A stretch of DNA of 64,000 bases from Prevotellaceae bacterium (GCA_020636695.1 JACJXJ010000004.1:6135-70134), one strand, 5' to 3'. Shown: positions 1 to 10,179, numbered from the stretch's first letter. Program-made: numbers and translations. The notes: a model not told the origin generated them from the letters alone.

Positions 1-451
1 TTAAAATTTGTGCTGCGTGGTCACTTGTACGCACCTCTTTAGGAGAAATAATGCGTTCCAAAATCCCTTCTTCGTTAAAAATAAAGGTGGTACGCAACGT
101 GCCCATATAAGCGCGACCATACATTTTTTTCTCAGCCCATACACCAAAATGCTCCACTAAGGTTTTGTCAGTGTCAGCAATAAGCGTAAATGGCAAATCG
201 TGTTTTGCAATGAATTTTTGATGCGATTTTTCGTCATCCACGCTCACACCTACGATTTCATAACCAGCTTTACGTAACTCGGCATAATTATCGCGCAAAT
301 TACACGCCTGTGCCGTACAACCAGAGGTATTATCCTTAGGATAAAAATACAGCGCCACCTTTTTACCACGCAACATGGTTGCCAAAACGGGTTCTCCAAC
401 TTGATTCACGCCCAACTTATCAGGCATCTTATCACCTATTTGTATCGCCAT
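1..451 (-). CDS. bcp: thiol peroxidase / peroxiredoxin Bcp (3' end runs off the left edge)
   Basis: Hand translation from ATG at 451-449 gives MAIQIGDKMPDKLG...ALYFYPKDNTSGCTAQACNLRD..., with the Bcp-type peroxidatic Cys motif. There is no stop inside the window, so it is absent from the ORF track. Confidence 0.85.
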   Translation of the reverse strand, partial: MAIQIGDKMPDKLGVNQVGEPVLATMLRGKKVALYFYPKDNTSGCTAQACNLRDNYAELRKAGYEIVGVSVDDEKSHQKFIAKHDLPFTLIADTDKTLVEHFGVWAEKKMYGRAYMGTLRTTFIFNEEGILERIISPKEVRTSDHAAQIL

Positions 452-472
452 AATTATACTATTTTAGTTTCA

Positions 473-480
473 CAAAGATA
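473..480 (-). promoter_or_regulatory. Bacteroidota -7 box TATCTTTG for bcp
   Basis: Exact TAnnTTTG match on the minus strand, about 20 nt upstream of the bcp ATG. Confidence 0.55.
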
Positions 481-577
481 AAAATAAAAATCGGTATTTC
501 CATCAACTCCTACATAATTTGAGCAAATATTCGTTGCACAAAAAACGAAAAAAATTGTAGATTCTGAATAAAAAAAT

Positions 578-585
578 TACTTTTG
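578..585 (+). promoter_or_regulatory. Bacteroidota -7 box TACTTTTG for the MFS transporter
   Basis: Exact TAnnTTTG match about 50 nt upstream of the ATG at 637. Confidence 0.55.
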
Positions 586-636
586 CCACGGAATAATATT
601 TGTCTTATATAATAACCCTTAAACTAACTGAATACC

Positions 637-2085
637 ATGTTAAGCATTCAAAAGAAAATGAGTAATGCATTTTTTGCGTTACTGAGCTTACCAGCAACGG
701 CCATGGGCTTTGCATTATCTGTTCAAATTTCAGCTTTAAGCTGGATTCTCTCCACAAAATATGGCTTAGATATTCACGAAATTGGTATCGTGTGGGCGGC
801 TGGTCCTATAGCAGGTATTTTAGCACAACCCATTGTCGGGATTTTGAGTGATAAAATGTGGTTTATGGGAGGTCGACGTCGTCCTTGGATTGTGATAGGC
901 GGGACATTGGCCGCCTTAATGATGTTAGCACTACCTAATTTAGAAATTATACAAAAATTATTTATCGGTGGCGACGACCCACAAGCGGGCTTGCTCTCAA
1001 TCGCCGTTATTGTAGCATTAACATTTGATTTAAGCATCAACGTGAGTTTCAATCCTACTCGTTCACTTATAGCAGATTGCACGCCAAAAGAACAACGCGC
1101 CAAAGGTTATACTTGGATGCAAACCGTATCGGGCACTTTCGGGGTATTGGCCTATTTAATTGGTGGTACGCTAGGCAACGAAGCTTTAATTTATATTGGT
1201 ATTGGCATTGCGTTATTGGCAACCATTATTCCAGCCTTTTTGATTAAGGAACCACGCGAATTACAAGCCATTGACGAAACATCACAAAAATCAAAAACAT
1301 CCTCACGAGATATCATTGAATCCATTTTACCACTTATTGGATTATTAGTCTATGGCGTGTACGTAATTGCTGAAAAATTATTTGGGTTCACAGTAACCTC
1401 AGGCGTTGAACTCTTTGGTTATTTTTTGAATAGTGTTGAATTCATATGTTTGTTATTAGTTGTAATCAGCACCATCATGGTACTATTTAACTTAACAGGA
1501 AGCAATAAAAACTCGAACGAATTTCAAAAAGTATTATTGGCCCATTCGTTCACTTGGATTGGCGTTCAAACCATGTTTGTATATGCCTTTTTCTATTTGC
1601 AAAACGTATTGAATCTAGGCGATTCAGCAGGAAGCGTCAATTCTATTGCCTTCTTTATTCTAAGCTTAGTCAGTGCCATTTTACCAGTATTGGTACTCAA
1701 TGGTTTTGCCAAGAAAATAGGAATGGTTAAAACACATATTATTTGTATATTCATCATGGCTGCTGGTTATGCTGGAGTTTATTTCGTAGGTACAACCACC
1801 CTTCTTTATTATGTTATGATTGGGATTGCGGGTATTGGTTGGGCATCGGTAGTTTCATTACCATTTGCCATTATGAGCGAAAAAGTAGACCAAACCAAAA
1901 TGGGATTATACATGGGCATTTTCAATTTATCAGTGGTGTTACCACAGTTGGTAGCATCATTCAAAATGGGTGAAGTGGTAAATGCGGCAGCCGACAAATC
2001 AGTTATCTTTGCTATTTGTGCAGTATGTTTAACCATATCAGGTTTACTCTGGTTCAGTGTCAAAAATGACAAAGAAAAGCGCTGA
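637..2085 (+). CDS. MFS transporter, GPH/sucrose-maltose symporter-like sugar transporter
   Basis: 482-aa ORF with about 12 hydrophobic segments and a GGRRRPW loop motif after TM2, typical of GPH/SLC45-type sugar:cation symporters. Confidence 0.7.
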   Translation: MLSIQKKMSNAFFALLSLPATAMGFALSVQISALSWILSTKYGLDIHEIGIVWAAGPIAGILAQPIVGILSDKMWFMGGRRRPWIVIGGTLAALMMLALPNLEIIQKLFIGGDDPQAGLLSIAVIVALTFDLSINVSFNPTRSLIADCTPKEQRAKGYTWMQTVSGTFGVLAYLIGGTLGNEALIYIGIGIALLATIIPAFLIKEPRELQAIDETSQKSKTSSRDIIESILPLIGLLVYGVYVIAEKLFGFTVTSGVELFGYFLNSVEFICLLLVVISTIMVLFNLTGSNKNSNEFQKVLLAHSFTWIGVQTMFVYAFFYLQNVLNLGDSAGSVNSIAFFILSLVSAILPVLVLNGFAKKIGMVKTHIICIFIMAAGYAGVYFVGTTTLLYYVMIGIAGIGWASVVSLPFAIMSEKVDQTKMGLYMGIFNLSVVLPQLVASFKMGEVVNAAADKSVIFAICAVCLTISGLLWFSVKNDKEKR

Positions 2086-2096
2086 CTCATGGATAA

Positions 2097-2131
2097 TAAA
2101 AAAGCTTCACATAATCTGTGAAGCTTTTTTT
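2097..2131. terminator. bidirectional intrinsic terminator between convergent genes
   Basis: The hairpin AAGCTTCAC/GTGAAGCTT is flanked by an A-run on one side and a T-run on the other. Confidence 0.75.
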
Positions 2132-2669
2132 ATAGGAATAGACTCATCCAATGGTCAAAAACACGTAAATTTTCGGCACCAAATTTAGCTAAGTTATCAT
2201 GTATTTGTTCAATGGTTAGTTCCGTATTTAAACGACTTTTAGAAAAAAACTTGTCAGCAAAACAAATCAGTTGTTCCTCCATTGATACGGGGCGCATATC
2301 GCGATGTGGCAATGGCAATTGCTGCTTTTCGATATCAGCCAGCGAAAGACCTGTACCTGTATGCCGTTCGCACACCAAGGCGTGTTTATCTAATCCGTGT
2401 TGACGTAATAAATCGGCACCCAAATAGCCATGTTCAATGTAACGATGTGTACCATAGCAGCCTAATGAAGGAGTATTGGTGAGAAAAATACCAATATCGT
2501 GCAACATAGCTGCTTCCTCTACAAACCAGCAATCGATAGCTAACTCTGGATGTTGATTCGCTAACAACAAAGCTTTATCCGCCACTGCCCGACTATGCGA
2601 CACCAATAGCTGATACAAAGCGCTATTCGGTTCATAATAGGTTTCAATAATGGTTAGCGGATTCATCAA
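2130..2669 (-). CDS. HD-domain (HDIG) phosphohydrolase
   Basis: 179-aa ORF carrying MLHDIGIF (HDIG motif) plus downstream His/Asp residues. Its start overlaps the stop of the upstream nuclease gene by 4 nt. Confidence 0.7.
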   Translation of the reverse strand: MMNPLTIIETYYEPNSALYQLLVSHSRAVADKALLLANQHPELAIDCWFVEEAAMLHDIGIFLTNTPSLGCYGTHRYIEHGYLGADLLRQHGLDKHALVCERHTGTGLSLADIEKQQLPLPHRDMRPVSMEEQLICFADKFFSKSRLNTELTIEQIHDNLAKFGAENLRVFDHWMSLFL

Positions 2670-4636
2670 CGCAAAATAACTTTGAAGATTTGTGGTTCAA
2701 TAGCTGCAGAACGCGGATCTAAAATACGCACCACATAAAAACCTTGCGACATGTGCAACTGATCTGAACCAAATGTCACACTATTGTCATTCGGTAAACG
2801 CCCACTATAAAATACGCGTCCTTGTAGGTCGCTAATAGTAATATCCATTTTTGCAGCATTGTAAATCGTAATCACGCCATCCTGCACAATAGTTGGCATG
2901 ACACACATTCTAGTTGGCTCAACTACAGAAGTTACACTATCAGTAGTACCTTTAAGTTTCAAACCAACAACTACAGCATCATGGTCTGACGAACGATACA
3001 TATTATCTTGACAGGTCGCTGCATTTTGATATTCAAATTTATAATGTTCATCGGTATTAATATGAAAAACCGTTGCACCAGTCACTTGAGCCATCATGGA
3101 ACTATTGGCTAAAGCATGATCCAGCAACCCAACTTCGCCTTTGTAAGAGTAGGAATAAATAGTATCGCCATGATAATGTTTAAGCAAATTGGTATAGCCA
3201 GACGACTCAAAACGACGAATAGGATCTTCCTTGGAATACGCATTCATATCGCCCATAACCAAAACATCGGGATCGACAGTTGCAAAACCACTACATTTTG
3301 ATACTACAGAATTAACCTCTGCGACACGCGTTGCATTATACGAACTTTGTCCATCACCTGCATCTAAATCACCTTCTGGTGTGGTGTCGTAAGTTGTACC
3401 CTTCGCCTTCAAGTGATTGAGTGAAAATACAAATTTCTCGCCATTTGATTTTAATTGGAAGGCTTGTATCGCCTTACGATACATCGTTCTTAAATTATTA
3501 AATTCAATAGAACCAACGGTACTAATCTTATCTTTACGATAAATAAATCCTACTTTGGTATAAGAGCCACTAACTGCTGTACCATCAGTTACATAAGCAT
3601 ACAAATCGCCACCAGCAGCTGTGTTAAGCGCATTACACATGTAAGCAATAGCATCATTGCCTTGTTGAATTTCAACTAAGCCATACACATCCGCATCAAT
3701 AGCTTGCAAAGCTTTTAATAATTTAGCATGTTGTCTGTCGGCTTCAATTGCATCAGCTGGCCCTGCAAAATCGCCATAATTACTGCGCAAATAATATTCC
3801 ATATTGAATGAACAAACTTTCACGTTATAATCACCAATAGGTTCGTGTGTTGCTGCCCGAGGATTGCCATAAAAATTTGGACGCGAAGTTACTTCCAATT
3901 GATAAACCGATCCCGATTGTGTAAGCGTACCTTGCAAATTATCAACACGATAACCCATACGTAAAGTCCCATTCTCATCAGCAAAAGGATAAGCCACAGA
4001 AGGTGAACTAACCATTGTTAATTGATTTAGCTTATTTTCAGCCAATAAAGCAAAATACTCATTACTTCCTGGCAATTCCACCTCTACGCCTCCATTCAAG
4101 CGATGTGACGAAAGTGTGATTTTTCCACTTCCCCAATAGTAATTATTGGTAACAAATAAGGTTTGGTTAAATTCAAGAACCATACCTACATATTGACTAT
4201 AATTGCCAAAGTCTGTAGGAAAGATAACTTTTGTAGGAGTTACTAATTGATTTTCGGCCAACTTCTGTAACGATGAAACATCTGCGAGCATTAATTGCCC
4301 ATCATTAGCAGTAACAGATGCCACTAATTCTATTTCAGAACCAACGGTGACAGTCGGATTGTCAAAAGCTACAAATATCGCATCGCAAGTCAACCGATTA
4401 CCGTCGCCCACTTTGTCTTGCAGGTAAAATCCTTTAACAGTACCACCTTCGCGTACAACAGCGGTTACTACGCCCGAGGTACGGATATCTGAAGATTGAA
4501 CTTTATTTTGAGAAGATGCAGACTTAGTAAACGTTGGTAGCTGATAAATTTTGCAATCTACCTGAGCAACCAATACGGCTACAGAAAAAAGGAAAGAAAC
4601 TACTATGATAAAACGTTGTTTCATAAGGTTAAGCAT
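2666..4636 (-). CDS. secreted endonuclease/exonuclease/phosphatase (EEP) family nuclease with T9SS C-terminal sorting domain
   Basis: 656 aa with an N-terminal signal peptide. EEP motifs are present (CSFNMEYY, YGLVEIQ, VMGDMNAY, SSDHDAVV). The C-terminal ~80 aa form a beta-rich tail (ITIYNAAK...GFYVVRIL...FKVILR) typical of T9SS CTDs. Confidence 0.75.
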   Translation of the reverse strand: MLNLMKQRFIIVVSFLFSVAVLVAQVDCKIYQLPTFTKSASSQNKVQSSDIRTSGVVTAVVREGGTVKGFYLQDKVGDGNRLTCDAIFVAFDNPTVTVGSEIELVASVTANDGQLMLADVSSLQKLAENQLVTPTKVIFPTDFGNYSQYVGMVLEFNQTLFVTNNYYWGSGKITLSSHRLNGGVEVELPGSNEYFALLAENKLNQLTMVSSPSVAYPFADENGTLRMGYRVDNLQGTLTQSGSVYQLEVTSRPNFYGNPRAATHEPIGDYNVKVCSFNMEYYLRSNYGDFAGPADAIEADRQHAKLLKALQAIDADVYGLVEIQQGNDAIAYMCNALNTAAGGDLYAYVTDGTAVSGSYTKVGFIYRKDKISTVGSIEFNNLRTMYRKAIQAFQLKSNGEKFVFSLNHLKAKGTTYDTTPEGDLDAGDGQSSYNATRVAEVNSVVSKCSGFATVDPDVLVMGDMNAYSKEDPIRRFESSGYTNLLKHYHGDTIYSYSYKGEVGLLDHALANSSMMAQVTGATVFHINTDEHYKFEYQNAATCQDNMYRSSDHDAVVVGLKLKGTTDSVTSVVEPTRMCVMPTIVQDGVITIYNAAKMDITISDLQGRVFYSGRLPNDNSVTFGSDQLHMSQGFYVVRILDPRSAAIEPQIFKVILR

Positions 4637-4667
4637 TAAAAAATCAGTTTGTAAGGTTTTAAGTTGA

Positions 4668-4675
4668 CAAAAGTA
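4668..4675 (-). promoter_or_regulatory. -7 box TACTTTTG for the nuclease/HD operon
   Basis: Exact TAnnTTTG match on the minus strand, about 30 nt upstream of the start at 4636. Confidence 0.5.
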
Positions 4676-4730
4676 GCGGTATTTTGCGAGATTAACAACA
4701 TGAATATATGGAAAAAAGCAAAAAAGCAGC

Positions 4731-4738
4731 TATCTTTG
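4731..4738 (+). promoter_or_regulatory. -7 box TATCTTTG for smpB
   Basis: Exact TAnnTTTG match 19 nt upstream of the ATG at 4757, which argues for the shorter smpB start. Confidence 0.55.
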
Positions 4739-4756
4739 CATACTCAAAAGGACAGC

Positions 4757-5212
4757 ATGCATTCCAAGGTAAAAATTAATATAAAAAATAAACGCGCCTC
4801 TTTCGATTACGAATTGATTGAGCGTTTCACCGCTGGTATCGTATTGTATGGCACCGAAATAAAATCCATCCGTGAAGGGAAAGCTAGCTTGGTGGACACC
4901 TTTTGTTCTTTCTCCGACGGTGAATTATGGGTGCGCAATATGCACATCGCACTATACCGTTTAGGTACTTTTTACAATCATGAAGCCCTACGCGAACGTA
5001 AGCTCTTATTGACTAAAAGAGAACTCCGTAAATTGGAACGAGCCACGAAAGAAAGTGGTTTAACCATTGTACCAACGTTTCTATTTATCAACGAAAAAGG
5101 GATGGCCAAAATCGAAATAGCGCTAGCTCGTGGTAAAAAGACCTATGACAAGCGCGAAACCTTACGCGAAAAAGATGATCGCCGCGAGATGGATCGTGTA
5201 CGAAAACTGTAA
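4757..5212 (+). CDS. smpB: SsrA-binding protein SmpB
   Basis: [36 protein letters not shown]... is canonical SmpB. The start was trimmed to the ATG at 4757 because a promoter box lies inside the longer ORF. Confidence 0.93.
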   Translation: MHSKVKINIKNKRASFDYELIERFTAGIVLYGTEIKSIREGKASLVDTFCSFSDGELWVRNMHIALYRLGTFYNHEALRERKLLLTKRELRKLERATKESGLTIVPTFLFINEKGMAKIEIALARGKKTYDKRETLREKDDRREMDRVRKL

Positions 5213-5246
5213 ACTTGCTCACCGTTTATTTCCCAATTTTAGTCAG

Positions 5247-6188
5247 ATGATTCAGCTACAACTATCACAAAAAAATCGAGAAATCATTTTTGTATTACTA
5301 CTCTTTGTTATTCCATTTCTTTCGCCTGGATTAGCTTTATTATTGGGTCTTATTGTGGCACTGACTATGGGAAATCCATTTATACAGCACAATAAAGTAT
5401 TCACCAAAATTTTATTACAAGCCTCTGTGGTTGGTTTAGGATTTGGCATGAATATAGAACAAGCTATTTCAGCTGGCAAAACGGGGATTATCTTCACTAT
5501 TTTTTCCATAGCCATTACAATGTCACTTGGATTACTCTTTGGCAAGCTGCTCAAAATCAATAAAGATACAACCCTATTAGTTTCGGGAGGAACAGCCATT
5601 TGTGGTGGAAGTGCGATTGCGGCTTTAGGACCTGTTATCAATGCCAAAAACAAAGATATGACAGTCGCGCTAGGAACTATTTTCATGCTGAATGCTGCCG
5701 CCTTATTCCTTTTCCCACCCATTGGGCATTGGCTGAACATGACTGACACACAATTTGGTTATTGGTGCGCCATCGCTATTCACGACACAAGTTCCGTAGT
5801 AGGTGCCGCCGCCACACGCAGCGAAATGGCGTTACAAATTGCCACCACAACCAAATTAATTAGAGCGTTGTGGATTATTCCGTTATCACTTATTGTGGCT
5901 TTCTTTTACAATCGCGGAACGGACCGGAAATCGAAAATCACCATTCCTTGGTTTATCTTTCTTTACATTGTAGCCATGTTAATAACCACCTATCTACCTG
6001 AAGGAAAAGAAGTTTATATTAAAGCTGTGGGCATTGCCAAAATGGGCATGATTTACACCCTCTTTTTAATTGGTACCGGTTTATCCAAAGACAATATCAA
6101 AGAAGTGGGATTTAGCCCTATATTATTAGGAATAATGCTGTGGTTCATTATCTCTATTTTATCAGCCATTGTGATTTTATTTACATAA
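5247..6188 (+). CDS. YeiH/UPF0324 family putative sulfate-exporter-type membrane protein
   Basis: Polytopic membrane ORF with a GGTAICGGSAIAA motif typical of UPF0324. The start was trimmed to the ATG at 5247 to remove the overlap with smpB. Confidence 0.7.
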   Translation: MIQLQLSQKNREIIFVLLLFVIPFLSPGLALLLGLIVALTMGNPFIQHNKVFTKILLQASVVGLGFGMNIEQAISAGKTGIIFTIFSIAITMSLGLLFGKLLKINKDTTLLVSGGTAICGGSAIAALGPVINAKNKDMTVALGTIFMLNAAALFLFPPIGHWLNMTDTQFGYWCAIAIHDTSSVVGAAATRSEMALQIATTTKLIRALWIIPLSLIVAFFYNRGTDRKSKITIPWFIFLYIVAMLITTYLPEGKEVYIKAVGIAKMGMIYTLFLIGTGLSKDNIKEVGFSPILLGIMLWFIISILSAIVILFT

Positions 6189-6227
6189 AAAACCTCGCAA
6201 ATTGTTGGATTTTATCGCGAGAGTTCT

Positions 6228-6235
6228 TACCTTTG
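6228..6235 (+). promoter_or_regulatory. -7 box TACCTTTG for tRNA-Thr
   Basis: Exact TAnnTTTG match 17 nt upstream of the tRNA 5' end. Confidence 0.55.
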
Positions 6236-6251
6236 CGTCCGATTAAAAAAT

Positions 6252-6324
6252 GCCTTTTTAGCTCAGCTGGTAGAGCAACTCATTCGTAATGAGTAGGTCG
6301 GCGGTTCGAATCCGCCAAAAGGCT
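6252..6324 (+). tRNA. tRNA-Thr (anticodon CGT)
   Basis: Hand-folded cloverleaf: acceptor GCCTTTT/AAAAGGC, D arm GCTC..GAGC, anticodon stem ACTCA/TGAGT with loop TTCGTAA, and T arm GGCGG-TTCGAAT-CCGCC. Length 73 nt. Confidence 0.9.
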
Positions 6325-6340
6325 CTGATTTTCAATACAA

Positions 6341-6375
6341 AAACGCCTCATCAAAACTTTGATGAGGCGTTTTTA
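6341..6375. terminator. bidirectional intrinsic terminator (tRNA-Thr / rodA)
   Basis: Long perfect hairpin AACGCCTCATCAAA/TTTGATGAGGCGTT with flanking A and T runs. Confidence 0.8.
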
Positions 6376-6389
6376 TTAATATGCTAACA

Positions 6390-7853
6390 TTAATGTACAC
6401 GTGCCGTTTGTGAAATGTCAAAACGTAAAAAGATAAACAACAAAAAGGTAAATGACCATAACGAAGATCCCCCATAGCTAAAAAACGGCAATGGAATACC
6501 AATTACTGGAGCTAAACCTATCACCATACCAATGTTAATAGCGATATGAAAAAAGAAAATACCAACCACTGAATAGCCATAAATACGTGCAAATGGTTCT
6601 CGCTGTCGTTCTGCCATTCTTATCAATCTGAATAAGAAAAACATATAAATCATTAATAATGCCACAGAACCTACAAAACCAAACTCTTCGCCAACAGTAC
6701 AAAATATAAAGTCGGTATCTTGTTCGGGTACATATTTCAATTTAGTTTGAGTACCATTTAAAAAACCTTTACCAAAGAAACCTCCAGAACCAATAGCAAT
6801 TTTCGCCTGATTCACATTATAACCCACACCACGAGGATCATTTTCCATACCTAAAACTACCTTGATACGCATCTGTTGATGAGGTTCCAATATGCGTTCA
6901 AAAATATATTCTGCAGAATAACAATACCCTGTAAAACCAACTAAGAAAAGTGCTATGAGCCAATAATGACGCAATCGGAAACGAATAGCATTCACACACA
7001 AATAAATCACAGAAGCACTTATACAAAATAACGACACATAAAGAAAATTAACCGAAATCCATCCTGTGAGATGAATTAATGCAGCTAATGCATATAGAGT
7101 AAGGTAACCTAACGAAAGATATTTAAGCGTTTCTTTGTCACTTTTATACAAAAATAAAAAAACCAGTACAACTAATAACATTAATATAAAGGCTATCACT
7201 AAACCTGTAGATGCGGCCTCCACACCAGCAAAAGGAACGTCACTAAATCGAATCACGATAATAAATAGCACCACGCAACAGAAACCAATGAGCGGAATCA
7301 AACCAGGCATACCTTCACGATACAAAACAAGTAAAAAAGCTGCATAAACAAGTGCAGATCCAGTCTCTTTCTGCATAATAATTATAAGGGCTGGTAACGC
7401 AATAATTAAACCAGTAATCAAATAACTTCTAAAACTACGCAGCTTAAAGCCATAACTACTCATCGCTTTCGCCAACGCTAAAGCTGTGACAAATTTTGAA
7501 AATTCAGCTGGTTGAATACTCAAAGGTCCTAATACTAACCACGAACGAGATCCCTTAACATCGGGTGCAACTACGGCTGTAACAATCAGCAGTAAAATCA
7601 TCAGGATGTAAAAAAGTGTGGAGAAAGACTGAAAAAAACGCGAATCAATAAGCAATATTATTCCAGCCAAACCTATAGCGCAAATAATCCAAATAAACTG
7701 TTTACCTGAACGGTATGAAAAGTCAAAAATGGACGTTTGATCATAGTCATAACTAGCGCCATAGACGTTAAGCCACCCAAGGAACACCAAAGCCAAGTAC
7801 AAAAATACAATTGGCCAATCAATGGAAGATTTTATGCTAATATTTCTTGACAT
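6390..7853 (-). CDS. rodA: rod shape-determining protein RodA (SEDS family)
   Basis: 487-aa polytopic ORF with the FtsW/RodA C-terminal motifs (PEQDTDFIF, GLAPVIGIPLPFFSYGGSS). It is the last gene of the mre cluster. Confidence 0.9.
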   Translation of the reverse strand: MSRNISIKSSIDWPIVFLYLALVFLGWLNVYGASYDYDQTSIFDFSYRSGKQFIWIICAIGLAGIILLIDSRFFQSFSTLFYILMILLLIVTAVVAPDVKGSRSWLVLGPLSIQPAEFSKFVTALALAKAMSSYGFKLRSFRSYLITGLIIALPALIIIMQKETGSALVYAAFLLVLYREGMPGLIPLIGFCCVVLFIIVIRFSDVPFAGVEAASTGLVIAFILMLLVVLVFLFLYKSDKETLKYLSLGYLTLYALAALIHLTGWISVNFLYVSLFCISASVIYLCVNAIRFRLRHYWLIALFLVGFTGYCYSAEYIFERILEPHQQMRIKVVLGMENDPRGVGYNVNQAKIAIGSGGFFGKGFLNGTQTKLKYVPEQDTDFIFCTVGEEFGFVGSVALLMIYMFFLFRLIRMAERQREPFARIYGYSVVGIFFFHIAINIGMVIGLAPVIGIPLPFFSYGGSSLWSFTFLLFIFLRFDISQTARVH

Positions 7854-9681
7854 CTGGATCGGTAACTGAAGTTTTTAATCGATTAACTAACTCTGTACGC
7901 TTAACCGTACCTGTTAAATATTGCTCTAATAATACACTTGCAATTGGGTTGGCCCATGTGGCACCAAAACCTGACGTCTCAATTACCACAGCGATAGCAA
8001 TTTTTGGATTATCTTTAGGGGCAAACCCTACAAATAAAGAGTGTGGACGACCATGACTATTATCAACTGTACCAGTTTTTCCACACATCGGTATACTATC
8101 AAGTTTATACCATTTGCCAGTACCAAATTCACACACACGCCACATACCTTGTTTTACAACCGGAAAATATTTTTTATCGATTAAGGACACGTGTTTATGA
8201 TTTAACATCGAATCACACTTGTGTAAATGCGGAGTAATATAATAGCCCTCGTTTGCTATAACTGCCACCGAATTAGCCAATTGCAAAGGAGTAACCTGCA
8301 CTTCTCCTTGACCAATAGAATTGGAACGAATCGTAATAGCTCGCCAACCACGTGCACCATACCATTTATCATATGTTTTGATTGAAGGAACACTACCATT
8401 AACCTGATCAGGAACATCCGAATCTTTAAACTTCGGACCCAATCCAAAACTCATGATATCATTACGCCAACGCTCATAATTCGCCTTAAAATTAGCATTA
8501 CGGTCACCATAACCTCCTTTCTCCAATGTCTCCCGGTAAGCATTCCAAAAATAGGGGTTACAACTTTGTTCAATAGCACTTTCAAGATTCACAGGTGAAC
8601 CATGATGGTGAGTGCATCGAATAGGGCTGGAAGAGGGTCCATTACAAGCAAACAAAGTTTCAGGTGTAATGCCTCCCTCTTGTTGACAAACTAATCCCTG
8701 TAGTGGTTTAAACGTAGAGCCAGGAGAATAAGTACCTTGTGTAGCCCTATTTAATAGAGGTTTAGTTGGGTCATTCAAAAGAACAGCGTAATTATGAGAG
8801 CGTTCACGCCCGACTAGAAGGCCCGGATTCCATGTTGGATTTGATGCCATAGCCAATATTTCGCCAGTACTTGGTTCTATGGCAACCACACTTCCCTTTT
8901 TTCCTTGTAGTAGTTCTTCTGCTAAAATTTGTAACTGAATATCTAATGTCACCGTCAAATTATCTCCAGCTACAGCAGCTTTATCAAATTCACCTTTTTT
9001 ATAGCGCCCTTGAATACGTCCTGCCACATCACGCAATAATATTTCAACACCATTCTGACCACGTAATGCCACTTCATACGATTTCTCAAAGCCACTGACA
9101 CCCGCATAATCCCCTTGCTTGTAGTATGGATCCTTTTCTATCATCCAACGCGAAACTTCACCAATGGACCCTAAAGCATGACCAGCCACAGGGTATGTAT
9201 AATTACGCAAGGTTCTACTTTGAATGGTAAAACCTGGAAAACGATGCAATTTTTCTTGTAACACCGCATATTCAACTGGCGATAATTGAGTAATAAAACG
9301 TTGTGGTACACGAGGGGAATAACCAATTCTATGTTTTACTTCTTTGATACGCTTATCAAATTCCACCTTGGTGATTGATAAGGTTTTACACAATTCTAAT
9401 GTATCCAAAGGAGTTTTATTCTTAGCCATCACGCGCAACTCGTGCATCGTAATAAGAATATCATAAGTAGGCTGATTGTAAACAAGTAAGACCCCGTTGC
9501 GGTCATAAATCAAACCACGAGGAGCATAAATGGTACGACGCAATAAAGCATTACTATCCGCCTGTTCTCCATAATCTTTAATCAACTGAAGATTAAATAA
9601 TTGAATCACAAATATAGCTAACAAAACAGCTATAAAAATGCGAATAACATATTGCCTATTACTAAATGAGTCGTTTATCAC
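7837..9681 (-). CDS. mrdA: penicillin-binding protein 2 (transpeptidase)
   Basis: N-terminal TM segment followed by the transpeptidase motifs STFK and KTGT. It overlaps both rodA and mreD. Confidence 0.9.
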   Translation of the reverse strand: MINDSFSNRQYVIRIFIAVLLAIFVIQLFNLQLIKDYGEQADSNALLRRTIYAPRGLIYDRNGVLLVYNQPTYDILITMHELRVMAKNKTPLDTLELCKTLSITKVEFDKRIKEVKHRIGYSPRVPQRFITQLSPVEYAVLQEKLHRFPGFTIQSRTLRNYTYPVAGHALGSIGEVSRWMIEKDPYYKQGDYAGVSGFEKSYEVALRGQNGVEILLRDVAGRIQGRYKKGEFDKAAVAGDNLTVTLDIQLQILAEELLQGKKGSVVAIEPSTGEILAMASNPTWNPGLLVGRERSHNYAVLLNDPTKPLLNRATQGTYSPGSTFKPLQGLVCQQEGGITPETLFACNGPSSSPIRCTHHHGSPVNLESAIEQSCNPYFWNAYRETLEKGGYGDRNANFKANYERWRNDIMSFGLGPKFKDSDVPDQVNGSVPSIKTYDKWYGARGWRAITIRSNSIGQGEVQVTPLQLANSVAVIANEGYYITPHLHKCDSMLNHKHVSLIDKKYFPVVKQGMWRVCEFGTGKWYKLDSIPMCGKTGTVDNSHGRPHSLFVGFAPKDNPKIAIAVVIETSGFGATWANPIASVLLEQYLTGTVKRTELVNRLKTSVTDPDVKKY

Positions 9682-10178
9682 CTCCGTTTAAAATTAATGC
9701 TTTGAATACCAAATATAAGAAGCATAGTCACCAAGCTGCTACATAATGTTTTAAGCAATACCATGCCAAAATGAGCAAAAGAGAAGGCCTCTAAAGAAAA
9801 TAGCACAAAATGATGAATAACAACAAGCAAGGAAGCATATTTCAAAAAAGACAGACCAAAATTACGATATGTAGGTGCCGATTTTTCCATGTCCTCACGA
9901 GATGCAAACAATTCCATAATGTAAGGACGAATAAAAGCTATTAACACCGTTGCCGCCATGTGAATACCATAACTATGCGAAAATACATCAATAATACCTC
10001 CTAATACAAAGGCAATAAGCAACATAAAGCTAGGAGAAACAAACATTGGCAATGTAATAATAAACAAAATATACAAGTACGGATTAATTAACCCAAATAA
10101 TTGTATATTATTCAAAATCAAAATCTGAACAGCTATGAGCAGAATAAAATTTAAAACTATCCTTAAGCGATCTTGCAT
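9678..10178 (-). CDS. mreD: rod shape-determining protein MreD
   Basis: 166-aa multi-TM ORF lying between mreC and mrdA. Confidence 0.75.
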   Translation of the reverse strand: MQDRLRIVLNFILLIAVQILILNNIQLFGLINPYLYILFIITLPMFVSPSFMLLIAFVLGGIIDVFSHSYGIHMAATVLIAFIRPYIMELFASREDMEKSAPTYRNFGLSFLKYASLLVVIHHFVLFSLEAFSFAHFGMVLLKTLCSSLVTMLLIFGIQSINFKRR

Positions 10179-10179
10179 A

